Assembly (NCBI GenBank): GCA_002811645.1
Contig: PDIP01000068.1
Span: forward strand, 1-49,890
DNA: 49,890 bases
Direction of reading: 5' to 3'
From: Corallochytrium limacisporum Hawaii
Taxonomy: Eukaryota > Protista > Pluriformea
The translations under genes were made by a program, and so were the position numbers. The number at the start of each line of letters is the position of its first letter. Position 1 is the first letter of the stretch. Positions 30,341-43,039 of the stretch are shown here, one piece after another. The notes under the pieces are model-generated. The model searched no databases, had not been told where the DNA came from, and saw only the letters and a list, made by a program, of their open reading frames with translations.

Positions 30341-30709
30341 TCATTCATCATGGGCCCGCTTCCGCAATTGTCTAAGCTGTTTACGATTCATGCGCTTCAC
30401 TTTTGCGGTTGACACCTTCTGCACAATTTCGGCCTTTTTTCTGTTTTCCTCACGGCGTCGTTCACGTTCCTTGCGCCTCTCGATCTCTGCCTGTCGCTCT
30501 TCTTTCTTATCGGCCTTCATCTGACGCTCCTCGATCTTGGTCAGCTTCGCTGTTCGAGCTTCCTCCATGCGCCGGGCAAATTTCTTCTTCAATGATTTGA
30601 CACCCACAATGGTACTCACCGGCTTGCGGTAATCTTTCCATGGCCTATTGGACTCGGGGTTACCTTCAAGCTTTCTCCGCTTGATTGTGTCTTGTGCTTT
30701 TTCTGTCAT
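30341..30709 (-). CDS. CGR1: Cgr1/CCDC86-family protein (mirror copy)
   Basis: Identical translation to 19182..19550. Confidence 0.8.
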   Translation of the reverse strand: MTEKAQDTIKRRKLEGNPESNRPWKDYRKPVSTIVGVKSLKKKFARRMEEARTAKLTKIEERQMKADKKEERQAEIERRKERERRREENRKKAEIVQKVSTAKVKRMNRKQLRQLRKRAHDE

Positions 30710-31673
30710 TATTTCTGCGTGCTGAATTGGTCAGGAACAAACATATCAGATGATGTTATCAAGCATGATGATATATTTACATACCACCCGTAAATAGCAT
30801 ACAAAATAACCAGAGAGTTTCTACGAATACGTTCCATGTGGGTCCCAACCTGTGGAAACCCGCCTTGGCACCCTTTACAAGGAGAAAGACGGAGGGTAGG
30901 GGAGGGGTGGGGATTGGGTGGAAGAATAGCTGAACACCTTATTAAATCATTGCGCAGTCACTGCAGTTTGCGGGTACATAAATTCTTCCGGGACCTATCC
31001 ATCATGGGTTTGGGCATCTCCTCTTCTACTTCCATTCGCTTCTCGTTAATGTGAGAAAGAAGTACGATGTTGAATTGATGTTGGGAAAAGCTCTGCTTTG
31101 ATTAAGAGTGAACAGTCGGCTGTGCCACCCATGAAGCTGATCATGAAACAACTGACTAGAACAAGCCAACAAGCTCCTCCTGATTTCTCGACCTTGATAA
31201 GATAGTCTTTTTGCGAGAGATCCACTGAATTTCCCATATATTTACTACCAAAAACCGCACTGGTGGAGCGGGTGGGATGGCATGGTTACCACAAATCCGA
31301 GAATGCGAGAATGGAAGTGGGAAGGTGATGGGATCGATCACACATGAGAGGGAAGTGGGGATACTGCCGCGACGCGGAGGAGGACTCTCAGATCTATGAG
31401 TGTCCTTGGACTAGTTTCGGAAACGCATCCATTCATTTTGTTACAAACACAAAAAGCTGTGGCTTTCACCTCGCGGATTCTTCATTGGAGGACTAGTAGT
31501 CATGTCAGCAACCAGATTGCAGTGCAGGCTCGCAACCCCAGGGAAACTGAGCACCGCCATCAAAGTCTGTTCGCTTTTGAGACGATTACGCCCAGATAGA
31601 TACCTAATTGAGACATTACACCGGTAACTTATGAGAATGTCCGCTTACAGGCAGATCAAGCCATCAAAAACAG

Positions 31674-32216
31674 ATGGATGAATTCAAGAACAACATGGTC
31701 CCGAGCCCCCAGGTGATGAAGGAAATGAAGGCAGCGATTGCTAAGGATGTACTGTGTCGGATGCATGATCGGGATACCGAAGACCTGGTGGATGCATTGC
31801 GTCCCGGACTGTAGATTACTCTCCATGCCGAAGTCAAGCACATACTGCGGGATTAGCTTCTTGAAGAATTGAAAAAGGACAAAGATTTCTTTTACGATCT
31901 CAAGCACAGCGTCAAACACGATATCATACGGTCTCTCGGAGAAGAGATGGCCGCAGAGTTGCGCACGGATGATGCGCTTATGACTCCCATGAAAGAAAAC
32001 GTCATTCATGACCTAAAGAACTCACTTGTATCTGAGCTTTCAACGGAGCCTCAGTTCATAAACCGCCTCGTTGACCGGATCGAGGAACAGGTTTACGATG
32101 AGATCAAAGAAGGCGCCCGTGAACAGATCGAAGCAGACGTCGAAGAGTGTATTGAAGACCTCAAGTTTGATCTCCAGGGCGACATGATGTTCTCCAAGCC
32201 GCACGATTCAATTTGA
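31674..32216 (+). pseudogene. Interrupted acidic helical ORF (mirror copy)
   Basis: ATG at 31674; in-frame TAG at 31812-31814 and 31854-31856; ends in TGA at 32216. Confidence 0.6.
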
Positions 32217-32806
32217 TGTCAAAGACTACGAGTAAATAATAGAATACAGGACCTGCAATTGCTCTTCAGACAATGACTGTGCTGCAAAACGTACCGACTT
32301 TGACGATTTCCACCGTGACTTCGTCCTGCTTCGGTCCGCAGCACCAAGCCCCGCCCTCCCCAGCCACCCATTTCTCCTAGTCCCTCCTCCCTCCCTCCTT
32401 CCTGTATAGCGGCTTGGGACGGGCGATGTCAGACGAAAGCATGTGACCTAGCCGGTCGGCATAGCTCGCAGCAAAGTGAGCGCAGCAAGAGAACTATGAA
32501 GAGTCTATATAGTGTTGAAGGAGGATGAAAAAAAGGTGTGCATGCTTAATGGTCTTGCTCTCAAGCACCTTCTGAACCGTGCGTGCGGGTTTCACGGCCC
32601 GGATTTGTGCTTTGTGCTTTGGCCTTTTCGCAATGGTACAAAGGAGAATTCCGGAGCTCCACTAATGTGTCTGCATTGAGGATTGTTTGCACTACCTGAT
32701 ATTCAGCGAAAGAATGCATGGTTTTGTGACAGTGGCAATGACCTTCGGATCACCATAAATCAGTGTACAGGATTAGTTTGCCAATTTCTGTAGAATTATA
32801 GTCATC

Positions 32807-34141
32807 ATGTCCCTTCGGAGTGTAAGTATTATAAGAACTGTGAGGAGATGCTCGGTCCCTGTTCTTGGCTTGCATGCCAAGCGTCCATATGTCACACCTA
32901 GCCCAAAGAAGAGCATGCCAATCGCTTCGTTTGGCCTATCCCTTGCAGCCACCGCAGTCCTCGGTACCGCTCTATTTGCGGAAACCTGTGATCCCTTCTT
33001 TCAGTTCATTCTACTGCCAGCCATAAGGCTTCTGGACGCTGAACAAGCGCATCGTCTAGGCATCAATGCCGGAAAATGGAAATTGATTCCTCGTCAGGTC
33101 ACCGGGGAGGACCCCGTGCTGTACACGACTGCGTTCCACAACAAACATCTAGAGAATCCAATAGGTTTGGCCGCTGGATTCGACAAGGACGCAGAGATTC
33201 CTGAAGAGATGCTAGGCCTGGGCTTCGGTTTTGTCGAAGTCGGCACCGTCACTCCCAAGCCCCAGGCTGGCAACCCAAAACCGCGCATGTTTCGCTTGAT
33301 GGAAGACGGTGCGGTCATCAACCGGCTCGGATTCAATAATGGAGGAATCGAGGCAATGAAGGAGCGCTTTCTGGCTATGATGAAGCGCCGGGACGGTCGT
33401 TGGGACCAGGAGAGCGGTGGGTACGGTCCAATTGGCATCAATGTAGGCAAAAACAAGACGACTGAAGACGCTGCCAGTGACTACGAAAAGTGTGTGCTGG
33501 CCCTGGCTGAATACGCTGACTACCTCGTGATCAACGTGAGCAGCCCCAACACCCCTGGCCTGCGTGTACTGCAGGGCAAGAAGGAACTGAGCAACATCGT
33601 CAATCGCGTGCATGCAGCACGGCACGAGGCACTGAAGGACAAAATTGGCACCAACGGAATGGCTGAGCAGGACCCCAAGTCGAAGTTTGCATACCCTCCA
33701 ATTTTTGTAAAGATTGCTCCGGACATGGGCAGCGATGATATGAAAGACATTGCTGCCGTTTGTAAGGAGGGAAAGATTGATGGGCTCATTGTCAGCAACA
33801 CAACCATCAGTCGTCCAGACACCCTGCAGAGCGGCAATAAGGGCGAAACTGGTGGTCTGTCTGGCAAGCCGCTTATGGACCTGGCCACAGTGAAACTGCG
33901 TGAAATGTTCATTTTAACGGAGGGAAAGATTACACTCATTGGTGTCGGTGGTGTGGCATCAGGTGTCGATGCGTACCGCAAGATCCGCAATGGTGCTAGT
34001 CTAGTGCAGATCTACTCCTCTATGACCCTGCAGGGACCGGGCATTGTATATCGCATAAAGAAGGAACTGGCTGAACTTTTGCGGCGGGACGGCTTCGAGC
34101 ATGTCGGTCAGGCCGTCGGCGTAGATGTTAAGCTGCCCTGA
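32807..34141 (+). CDS. DHODH: Dihydroorotate dehydrogenase class 2 (mirror copy)
   Basis: Identical translation to 15750..17084. Confidence 0.95.
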   Translation: MSLRSVSIIRTVRRCSVPVLGLHAKRPYVTPSPKKSMPIASFGLSLAATAVLGTALFAETCDPFFQFILLPAIRLLDAEQAHRLGINAGKWKLIPRQVTGEDPVLYTTAFHNKHLENPIGLAAGFDKDAEIPEEMLGLGFGFVEVGTVTPKPQAGNPKPRMFRLMEDGAVINRLGFNNGGIEAMKERFLAMMKRRDGRWDQESGGYGPIGINVGKNKTTEDAASDYEKCVLALAEYADYLVINVSSPNTPGLRVLQGKKELSNIVNRVHAARHEALKDKIGTNGMAEQDPKSKFAYPPIFVKIAPDMGSDDMKDIAAVCKEGKIDGLIVSNTTISRPDTLQSGNKGETGGLSGKPLMDLATVKLREMFILTEGKITLIGVGGVASGVDAYRKIRNGASLVQIYSSMTLQGPGIVYRIKKELAELLRRDGFEHVGQAVGVDVKLP

Positions 34142-34264
34142 ACGGAACCTCTTTAAATCTAATGGAATCATATTGTTACATGAAACATGCCTTTTAACAT
34201 GGTGTACACGTTTCTTATATGCAGAATTCTTTACTGGACGAAAGTCCTGGCCGCGGCCATAATA

Positions 34265-36250
34265 CTAGACGCGGAGTTTGTGCGCGACGATGTTGTCATA
34301 TATCTGGTTAGTGAGAGGCACATAAGCTTCTACGCTGTGGTCCGCCACGTACAGGTGGTCCGTGATGGCAGGGTTCCGAGGATCGCAGCCCTCTTTGACG
34401 TACAAGTGCTTCTGGAATTTCAGCGTTGAGGTTTTCGAGTGTTCTTCATCACGCAAGCGCAGGAAGATGGGCATTGCGTAACGTGGCAATTTCTCTTTCA
34501 AGACGTTGTACAGGGTCTGGAGATCAAATTCATGCTGTACGCTGCTACTGCGGCTACCCAATTCAGAGGCATCGGGCACTCCATTGGCTGCAGTCTGCAT
34601 CGACTTGCCCTCGGTCTCCGTGGGGCACTGCAGGAGCCAATCGACGAGCAGACTGGCCATACCAGCCTTACCGTCATGGTTCGGCACAGGGACACCGTAG
34701 GTGTTCACTTCAAGGATGCCTGGAACTTCTGCCATCGCCTCAGCTACCTCAGTGGTGCTCACATTCTCGCCTTTCCACCGGAAGGTATCACCGGCTCGAT
34801 CGACAAAGTAGTAAAATCCCTCGTTGTCGATGCGCAGGATATCACCACTGCTATAGTAGCAGTCACCTTCTTTGAAGACATCCCGATAAAGCTTGCGCTC
34901 CGTGTCGTTCCTGGTAAGGTAGCCATCATACTTGCCTTCTGGCAGCGTCATGAGTAATTCGCCCGCCTCATTGTCACCAACAAGTATTAGTCTTCCTGCA
35001 GAGTTGCGCATGACACTGTCAGTCGCTGTGTCGTACTTGACGATGCGGTCTCCACCGTGGTCCTTGCGCCACTGAGTGGGCACAAAGCCGCACGATCCCG
35101 GTTTGTTGGTCCAATTCAGTACTGCACCAGCAGGCATTTCTGTGCTACCGTAGTGTTCGACAATGCGGGATATGCCGAAGCGACTGACGACATCCTCCCA
35201 AATGTCAGGACGCAGCCCGTTTCCAACGATGATCTCCAGAGGGTTCTGAATATCCGAATCCTTGGCTTTCTGCAGCCACACATACCGCCACAGCTCACCA
35301 ATGTATACCATGGCCTGGCAATTGTAGGAGATAATGTCGTTCCAAAACTGTGAAGCACTAAACTTTTCCCGCAGTACAATACAACAACCACTCTTGAAGG
35401 CAGGAGAGGTGGCGACCGCAAGGGCATTGCCGTGATACAGAGGCAGAGGGATGTAGTAATTCATGCCCTGTACTAGCGATGAGGGTCCACTCCAGCCCAC
35501 ACCAGCCCCAATCCACCGCGCGTGGCTGAATTTAGCAGCCTTTGACCGTCCCGTAGTTCCGGAGGTGAAAATGTAGAACATTGGTTCACGTGTTTGAATA
35601 ACAGAGCGGTGAACACGGTCCGGCCGTTTCATCGACATCTGCCCAAAGATTTGGTTCATGTTTTTGCTGGATTCTGTCATGGGACTGGAATCTAGATCCA
35701 GCTCATTGAGCCAGCAAACTTCCTCCCTAGCCAGCTTGGGGTCCCGCCCCAAAGCTTCCATCAGGGGCTCTGTGTACCGATCCATTGCCATGACCAGTTG
35801 TGCATCTGCAGTGTCCAGGGTGGCATGAAGCAGGTCCTCCCGCAGGTTGGTGTTCACAAGGGCAGCTTCCACACCGACTTTGGCAAGGCCGAGAATCACT
35901 GCATAAAACAGAGGGCAATTATGGACCATGACTGCCACTCTGCTGCGGGGCGGTAAATCTCCGCGCTTCAAAACATAGTTTGCAACCTGATTTGCACGTT
36001 TATCTAAATCACAATACCGGAAAGGACCCTGAATGGAGGCGTTCGGCTCTGTCTCACGAGCATGATGGACACTCGTCACAGCCATAGCATCGCCGTAGGT
36101 GTCGACCAGGTGCTCCCAGTAATCAGCACCTGTTACAATCCCTTTCTCTGAATATGTTGTATTAGTGCTCTGCTGCTCTTCCTGAAAGGCATGGAACCGT
36201 GCGGTGAGTTCCGCCACGGAATGAGTCTGGTAGGTCTCGGGAAAAGACAT
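34265..36250 (-). CDS. FATP/SLC27-type acyl-CoA synthetase (mirror copy)
   Basis: Identical translation to 13641..15626. Confidence 0.92.
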   Translation of the reverse strand: MSFPETYQTHSVAELTARFHAFQEEQQSTNTTYSEKGIVTGADYWEHLVDTYGDAMAVTSVHHARETEPNASIQGPFRYCDLDKRANQVANYVLKRGDLPPRSRVAVMVHNCPLFYAVILGLAKVGVEAALVNTNLREDLLHATLDTADAQLVMAMDRYTEPLMEALGRDPKLAREEVCWLNELDLDSSPMTESSKNMNQIFGQMSMKRPDRVHRSVIQTREPMFYIFTSGTTGRSKAAKFSHARWIGAGVGWSGPSSLVQGMNYYIPLPLYHGNALAVATSPAFKSGCCIVLREKFSASQFWNDIISYNCQAMVYIGELWRYVWLQKAKDSDIQNPLEIIVGNGLRPDIWEDVVSRFGISRIVEHYGSTEMPAGAVLNWTNKPGSCGFVPTQWRKDHGGDRIVKYDTATDSVMRNSAGRLILVGDNEAGELLMTLPEGKYDGYLTRNDTERKLYRDVFKEGDCYYSSGDILRIDNEGFYYFVDRAGDTFRWKGENVSTTEVAEAMAEVPGILEVNTYGVPVPNHDGKAGMASLLVDWLLQCPTETEGKSMQTAANGVPDASELGSRSSSVQHEFDLQTLYNVLKEKLPRYAMPIFLRLRDEEHSKTSTLKFQKHLYVKEGCDPRNPAITDHLYVADHSVEAYVPLTNQIYDNIVAHKLRV

Positions 36251-36849
36251 GGTCACCAAGCCGACAATTAAAGGACACCGCAACTACAACGACGCATCTT
36301 GAACACCCACTGTTTCCGTTCTTACCTTCACCCGCATAAACTTTCAAGGATTTCCTTCAGTGCCCTCAAACACCTTCAATACCGAGCACAATCCTCCTGT
36401 CATGTCCCGTCCCGGCCCAGTCCCACACGCCACCGCTACGTATCAGGGGAAGTCGAGGGACGAGAATCGCCTCGCGACCCCATCGGTCACGCGACTCTGC
36501 CCCAGTTCCGAACCCCAACCAAACACACCCCACCCAAGCTACCAAACTACACCACCGTCTACGAGATATACTAAGAAACCGGAAAGGAAGCCAGGAAAAA
36601 AAAGGAAAGGAAGAAAAAAATAGGGATAATCGTCAGTTGGGAAAGGGAGGGGGGAGGAGGAGGGTGCGGATTGTGTGACGTGGGGCCGACTTCCTTCCTT
36701 CCTAAATATTTTTCGGGGTACAATTTTCCCTACCGGAAACATTCCCACTTGTGCGCGGGGCCAGAAGGAGCTTATTTGCTTTCGATCGGAGGGCTCCAAG
36801 GTCGATCTCTCTCCCCATTCTTCCCTTCATGGACGACGTCTTTCTCTCT

Positions 36850-36853
<4 letters not shown>

Positions 36854-36913
<60 letters not shown>
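36854..36913. repeat. (CT)30 microsatellite (mirror copy)
   Basis: Same length as the (AG)30 in the left arm. Confidence 0.96.
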
Positions 36914-36916
<3 letters not shown>

Positions 36917-37262
36917 TTCCTTGTCCGTGCCCGTCCGGTTTCTGTGGTGAAGGGAGTTTACAAGCGGGGCGATGCCCACACCCCGAAAATTGTATTGCTG
37001 ACGCTCAGGGCGGGGTGGCCAGATCTGCCTGTGCGTGCCAGCTTTTCGGTGGGGTGCCAGAGCACCGGAGAAGTACGAGCGGGCCGCACGAATTGTGCAG
37101 GGGGCAAGTGCGAGGGCAGAGAGAACGGTGATGAATGACGTTCAGTGTTGGTTTTAGCTCAGCGTGGTTCATGGATGCTTCTGTTATGTAACAAAGACTC
37201 ATGCTTCAATTGTGTACTATACAAGGCTATATGTAACGGATTGTGCCGAAAGAGAGGACATA

Positions 37263-39626
37263 TCAGTCTATCTTGCGCCTCTTACGGGGTTCATCATCGT
37301 CCTGGTCTCCTCCGTTTCGCTCATCGGTGCCACTGCAGCGGCTGCTATAGAGTCGCCAGATGGTGTATGCTAAGGCTGCTCCAGTGGTTGTCAGAGCGTA
37401 GTAGAGAAAGCAGAGCCAGGTCTCTGTACTGGGCAGGGTTTGGCTGGTTAGAAGAGAAGCGAGAATGACATTAGCATTGTCGAAGAGTAAGGTGGAGAGA
37501 TGGTTAAACAAGGCATTCGTGGGAGAATTGGATGTGCTCTGTGAGAGGTTCCATGTTTCAGACATCAGGAACGGCACAAGGGACGGTTGATCAATAATAA
37601 GATTAAGCACACTAGTAGGATCACCGGTTTGTGATGGCACAGCTGGTAGGACCAAGGCAATCTTGCTTGCAAGATGGATGCCCTTCATTGCAAACAGTGG
37701 ATAGTCCGTCATTTCGCGAACGGTGACGCTGATATTTGGTGGATTTGGATGCTCCCCAGTGCTTTCTTTGTCCTTGGCGGCTACGTTCTCGTGCTCGGGT
37801 GCTGGCAGTGCTAATGGTTGGGAATGCGATGGGACAACATTCTCGTCCTCAAAAGGTCCATCCGAAGCACTGGTATAGCGGCTACGTGTGCCACTTACTT
37901 CCTGTTCATTGAAAGGAGTCGGTTTCATAGGCACAAGTGCACCATGCTCTGGACTGGTGGGAACTAGCTCATTGCTCTCCCGTCTGTGAACACCAGCAAT
38001 CGCCCTGCTCGCGGCATCGAGATCAAAGTTGGACTTCACCTTGTGGATTCTGGTACCTGGTGATTTCTTCGTAACTGCCGTGCTCACCGAGGTTGAAACT
38101 TCTTCTGTCGCTGATCTCCGCGCATGTTTTTGCATCTTAGCTCTTACTTTCATATAGCGTCGGGTCGCTTCGAGCATGAGCAACGTATCCGGTCTCTCCG
38201 AAGGCTCTCGGCGCATCAGGGACGCAATTGCACTCTGTAGCTCTTTCGATCGTTCGATTGGAACGTCACGCGGGAATGTCACATAGTCAAATGCCCGAAT
38301 TTCCCTCCGAAGGTCTGCAATGTTCGCTGCTGGGGTGCGCCATGGCAGCCTGCCGTATGCAATCACATACAAAAGTACACCAACTGACCACATGTCGCTC
38401 TTCACATCTGCATCATGTTCATACTCTCCCATTTCTGTCACAGCGAGTAGCTCAGGTGCTACATACTCAATAGTTCCTGTTGCTCCCGTCCGCCGATACG
38501 GCGCATGGTCCGCTACAATGCACTCGCCAAAGTCGCTAATCAGTAGGCGGGGCACGGTGCCAGGCTGGTCTCTATGTAAAAGCATGTTCTGGGGCTTCAG
38601 ATCACGATGAATGATGTCATGGTGGTGTAAATGATTCAACCCCATCAGAAGATCCAAAAACAGGTTCCAAACCTCGTCCTCGTCGAGCACTCTGGCCTTC
38701 CCCATCGCTGGTGCATCAGGTGATGTCTCCCACTGTGATCCTTCTGCACCAGCTTCGCTCTGTCTCGTTTTCCGCAAAATTTCCTGACGCTTCTTTAGGC
38801 GCCTGCGTTCTGCCTCACTCAGATTATCCTCATCACTTGCGGCGGAGTCATTTCCCGCAGGCAACCACAGATACTGAGCCAGATTGCCCGAATCTGCGTA
38901 CTCCTGCAGAATGTAGAGGCAAGGCACGGGAGGCCCCATGATGTTCAACTGCGCCTTCTCCAGCCAAGCATGTTTATAGTCTACAATGTTGGGATGATGT
39001 AGTTTTTCAAGCATGTGAACCTCTGTGAGTGTGCGGACCAACCAAGCGTGGTTATCGCCCACCGGAATCTTTTTGACTGCATAGGTGCCAAGTTCAATCC
39101 CATCCATGACATGGTGACACTTGTACACATGTCCTCTACCGCCAGTACCTATCTTCCTCTCCTCCCGGAAAAATCGTACATAGTATCCGTCATTCAAAGA
39201 CTTATTCTCTAGTGCCTCCGGATGGGCCGATGAAGCCCCCACAGGCCCAAGGTCTTCGTGGGCTTTGACTCCTTCAAGGACCTCAAAGTAGTGACGATCC
39301 ATGTACCCATCATCTTGTTCATAGTGCGAGCGGGCTTGATTGCTATCTCCTGCGTGCAAGTGGTCATCGTACTCTATACGTTGACCGCATTGTGTGCAAA
39401 AAGACCGCGGCCGTGACAAGAGTCTCTCCCGGTTGCTGATGAGGGGCAATTGTCCAGCTTGGTTTTCAACCACAACCCGCCGCAGTCTTGAGTTATAAAG
39501 CACTACCTGTTGGTTGTCAGGCTCCCGAAGAATAACCTTCCATCCTTCGGAACCTTCATGTGCTTGTCCATTTCCTTTCGGCACGGACTGTACAACAGCC
39601 CGATTTTCTTTATTGTCCTTATCCAT
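37263..39626 (-). CDS. IKS1: IKS1-family kinase (mirror copy)
   Basis: Identical translation to 10265..12628. Confidence 0.87.
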   Translation of the reverse strand: MDKDNKENRAVVQSVPKGNGQAHEGSEGWKVILREPDNQQVVLYNSRLRRVVVENQAGQLPLISNRERLLSRPRSFCTQCGQRIEYDDHLHAGDSNQARSHYEQDDGYMDRHYFEVLEGVKAHEDLGPVGASSAHPEALENKSLNDGYYVRFFREERKIGTGGRGHVYKCHHVMDGIELGTYAVKKIPVGDNHAWLVRTLTEVHMLEKLHHPNIVDYKHAWLEKAQLNIMGPPVPCLYILQEYADSGNLAQYLWLPAGNDSAASDEDNLSEAERRRLKKRQEILRKTRQSEAGAEGSQWETSPDAPAMGKARVLDEDEVWNLFLDLLMGLNHLHHHDIIHRDLKPQNMLLHRDQPGTVPRLLISDFGECIVADHAPYRRTGATGTIEYVAPELLAVTEMGEYEHDADVKSDMWSVGVLLYVIAYGRLPWRTPAANIADLRREIRAFDYVTFPRDVPIERSKELQSAIASLMRREPSERPDTLLMLEATRRYMKVRAKMQKHARRSATEEVSTSVSTAVTKKSPGTRIHKVKSNFDLDAASRAIAGVHRRESNELVPTSPEHGALVPMKPTPFNEQEVSGTRSRYTSASDGPFEDENVVPSHSQPLALPAPEHENVAAKDKESTGEHPNPPNISVTVREMTDYPLFAMKGIHLASKIALVLPAVPSQTGDPTSVLNLIIDQPSLVPFLMSETWNLSQSTSNSPTNALFNHLSTLLFDNANVILASLLTSQTLPSTETWLCFLYYALTTTGAALAYTIWRLYSSRCSGTDERNGGDQDDDEPRKRRKID

Positions 39627-40024
39627 CCGAGACAACAACTACAGCATCACCACAAATAGCATCTGCCTTCACACTACGCCAATTTGGGTGTATTGTTGTT
39701 ACTCCAAGACGCTTCCTACTTTGAGATGAACCCTTACACACTCACGTTGTGGCTCCTGAGTACCTTTATCGCCGACGATATATAGAGCAAGTTGCCACTC
39801 TACATGGAGAACGTCACAGGGGCTATTCTTGACGTGGCTAGGATTTCCTCCCTCCGTCCGTTCGAGAAGGGTGGGGAAGCCGGCCAAGAGCGCCGTGCAA
39901 AGTTGCGAGTGGCTGTCGGGGTAGGTCCCACTGCATTGGTATTTAAAAATTGGCAGCACTGTGTTATAATGAGATCATGAGAAGTCAACAAGTCCATCCA
40001 TAGTTCAGAAGATGTAGATAAACA

Positions 40025-40417
40025 ATGCCTAGACAAGGGCACGGCAGGCGCCGCACCCGTACGCGTAGCGATGATGATCACCATGAGGAAGACCAGCCGT
40101 CGCCAAAGAGGCAGTCAAAAGAGAATGATATAGAAGGGCAGAACGAAGCGACTCTAGTTGTATGCACCTTCGACGGTCTTGTAGAGCCCAATACTATTTT
40201 AGATCTACCAGAGGGCAGCGTAACATTTAAGAATCTACTTGACAAGCAACCCACAGCAGCCCTTGGAGGCATGAAGTTTTCCGGGAAGTACATTAACGGT
40301 CGGCGGAAAGCACTGATATTTGAAGAATCCTTGGATGATGAAGGCAACCCTACTTGTCATTTCGTTGGTGCTAGCGAAGATCATATGCATTTCAAACGTG
40401 ATTTTACAAACGACTGA
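40025..40417 (+). CDS. Putative TFIIIC subunit 6-like protein (mirror copy)
   Basis: Identical translation to 9474..9866. Confidence 0.62.
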   Translation: MPRQGHGRRRTRTRSDDDHHEEDQPSPKRQSKENDIEGQNEATLVVCTFDGLVEPNTILDLPEGSVTFKNLLDKQPTAALGGMKFSGKYINGRRKALIFEESLDDEGNPTCHFVGASEDHMHFKRDFTND

Positions 40418-40475
40418 AGAAATTATATGAACAATGGAAGAGTTTATTAGGGAAGCATGATGATATGATAAATTT

Positions 40476-41609
40476 TCATGAACTGTTTGTAGGGGTAATG
40501 TTGGACGTGATCTTTTTTTGCAACATGGGTCTTAGTGCGGACATAGTGATCAGCAGAGCCTCTTCTGTACGAATGGTGCGACTGCCCTGAGAAGGGCATA
40601 CATTCAGGTATGTGTCAAACAGATACTTGGGGTTATCCAATGGGAGCTGTTCGTCGGCTTCCAGACTAGCCTCTAAGCCATGTACACCGCCCAGGACGAT
40701 TAGACTATGCTCAAAATCTGGCATGTTCGACATCTCATCGACGTTGTCACCGCGTTCGGAAGTACCAATAGTCAGATCGTAGCCCCTCTTGAAGGGTGAG
40801 CCAGTGAAGACCTCTGACAGGGACGATGCCATTCGCGTCGTGTACCCCCAGTATTGATTGTGAGGTGTTGGTGCGTTGCGAGGTGTCGTGGGACTGACCA
40901 GTACACCATTCAGATGCTTATCCTGGCTGAACGCCAACTCCACATTAACTGCGTTTTCTCCTAGGTCAACAGTCACTCGGACACCGGGCTGGATGACTTT
41001 GTCAACGAGCACCTCCTTCTTCAGACCTACGTAAACATAGGTTCCCTGCTGATTCTTGGTTGGCCGGTCGAGGGTCACGCCCTCCCTAAACCGCGATGGC
41101 ATGGTCTCACGGAGATGATGGGGGGCATCTAGAGGATTCAGTAAACCAGCGTACTGGAGATCCCTGTGCTTAGGGAAGAAATGCTTACGGAGGTACTGCG
41201 GAGTTTCAAGATACTGCAATATCCGAGCCAGAAAGACAGTGCCTTCCGTGTTCTTTGCATCTGTTACTGCACCTTCGGTTGTTGTGTGCCCGCTCTGAGA
41301 TTCGTCAAAGACAACTACCTCGTCCACTTCATAAACAGTAAGCGCCCTAGCAATCTGACCTGCCAGGTAAGTTCGCAGCTCCCCTGACTGTGCATTGTCA
41401 ACTATAGATCCCGGAAGCGCTACGGAAACTGTAGGACGCTGTTTTGGCTTGCTATGTTTCTTTTCCTTCTTCTTTTCTGTCTTAGCTTGTTTGGAGGCAG
41501 GTTCCTTGCCTTCGGTGCCCGGTTGCTTGGCCTTCCTTTTCTTGGCCTCTTGCTTTTCCAGCATTGGGTCGCTGGCCGACGTATCACCTGGATTGGTCTC
41601 CAGCATCAT
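40476..41609 (-). CDS. SPOUT1: SPOUT1/CENP-32 methyltransferase (mirror copy)
   Basis: Identical translation to 8282..9415. Confidence 0.92.
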   Translation of the reverse strand: MMLETNPGDTSASDPMLEKQEAKKRKAKQPGTEGKEPASKQAKTEKKKEKKHSKPKQRPTVSVALPGSIVDNAQSGELRTYLAGQIARALTVYEVDEVVVFDESQSGHTTTEGAVTDAKNTEGTVFLARILQYLETPQYLRKHFFPKHRDLQYAGLLNPLDAPHHLRETMPSRFREGVTLDRPTKNQQGTYVYVGLKKEVLVDKVIQPGVRVTVDLGENAVNVELAFSQDKHLNGVLVSPTTPRNAPTPHNQYWGYTTRMASSLSEVFTGSPFKRGYDLTIGTSERGDNVDEMSNMPDFEHSLIVLGGVHGLEASLEADEQLPLDNPKYLFDTYLNVCPSQGSRTIRTEEALLITMSALRPMLQKKITSNITPTNSS

Positions 41610-43039
41610 GTCGAGACTACACTATTAAAAGATCATCCGCGCGATCTTCGGGCTCCAAAATCCAATCTCAAATGATAGGGTGAGGCAGCCACATGAAGTA
41701 CCCTCCGGGACTTCAGGTGGGACCCGCACCCCGTTCCCGCTGAGGGCCCCCTACTGCGCGCGTGGCCCGCCTTCCCAACTGCCCCCTTCATTTCTGCACA
41801 CTGCAGTATGACCCATCCTATGTAAATCGGCCGGCCCGCGTTAGGAACACCCACAGATGAGTGAAGTGTAAACCGCAGCCTTAGTGCAAACGTTGCCCCG
41901 GGGGAGGGGGCATCGGTACGTAATTCACACTACACTTCGATACTGAGCGTAATTGAGGATACGACCTGCAATGTTCGCAGAGTTTAGCTTACTGCACCCA
42001 ACGAATTTCCACCTCACGATAATGTAATGGATGCGTTCAATTTGTTCAGCTGGCGGCTACAGGTCAGAGATTTTATATATGAGCGACTGCCTTCAACATA
42101 CTATGTATTTTATTCCCGTATGTGAAGGAAACAGGGTTCCAAATTGCCTGGTCGCCAAAAATTGAGAGCCCGGCGCAGGAACCACGAAGAGGATGCGGAA
42201 GCAGCGTACTGCCAGGTCACGCCAATGTTGCAAATATTCTGGACTAAACTTTGCATCAAGCACATGATTTCCAAAAACATGGCAAACTAAGGATGCTCCA
42301 TATGTCCGATGTTGCCCTTATGAGTCGAAAAGCAAGGAGATTGGGACATAAACGATGCATCGCAAAGTCGTAGATGGATCAAGTTTCAATCAGGATGAAT
42401 TGTTCACGGCCTTGGCTGGTCCCGTCCCGCATACAGAGCGTTATGGAGTCCTTGGCTATTTTGAAAGTACCCGATCTGTATTCCGTTCTCTTAAACGACA
42501 ATTAAATGGGGGTACTCATACTCTTTTGTAAAGTTGCTAGGTGTTATGCTTACGATTCACTAGGATGGGGTGGGTGCTCAGATGACAAGTGATTCCTTGT
42601 TGTGGCCATGGGCATTCAGAACCCATGTTGCTTCCTCTCCAGGTCAACCATGATGGAAAGCATCGTTTTATAATGAGGATTCAAGTTCTCTCAATAGATG
42701 ACGGTGGAAATCAAATCAACCGGCGATTGTGCAGAAAAGGGCAGATGTTTGTGGAGATCAGTGGCCTCGTAACGAGTGCTAGTGCGCTTGTGAGCTGACT
42801 AACACATACATGACAGAACGACACGAGAAAACCGTCTCCAAGACCGAGTGTGTTGTCATTTCAATTTGGAAGCGGTTGGATGAAATCAAATATGCGAAAA
42901 AAAACTACAGATGAACACTGTTGTCCATGCCCTGTTGATTTGAAACGCGCACCCAGAGTTCTTATTTCGGGGTCCCTCACCATACCATGACCACATATCA
43001 GCGAGCTGCCCAGAATTGCCTTTGTGACAGAGATGTTTC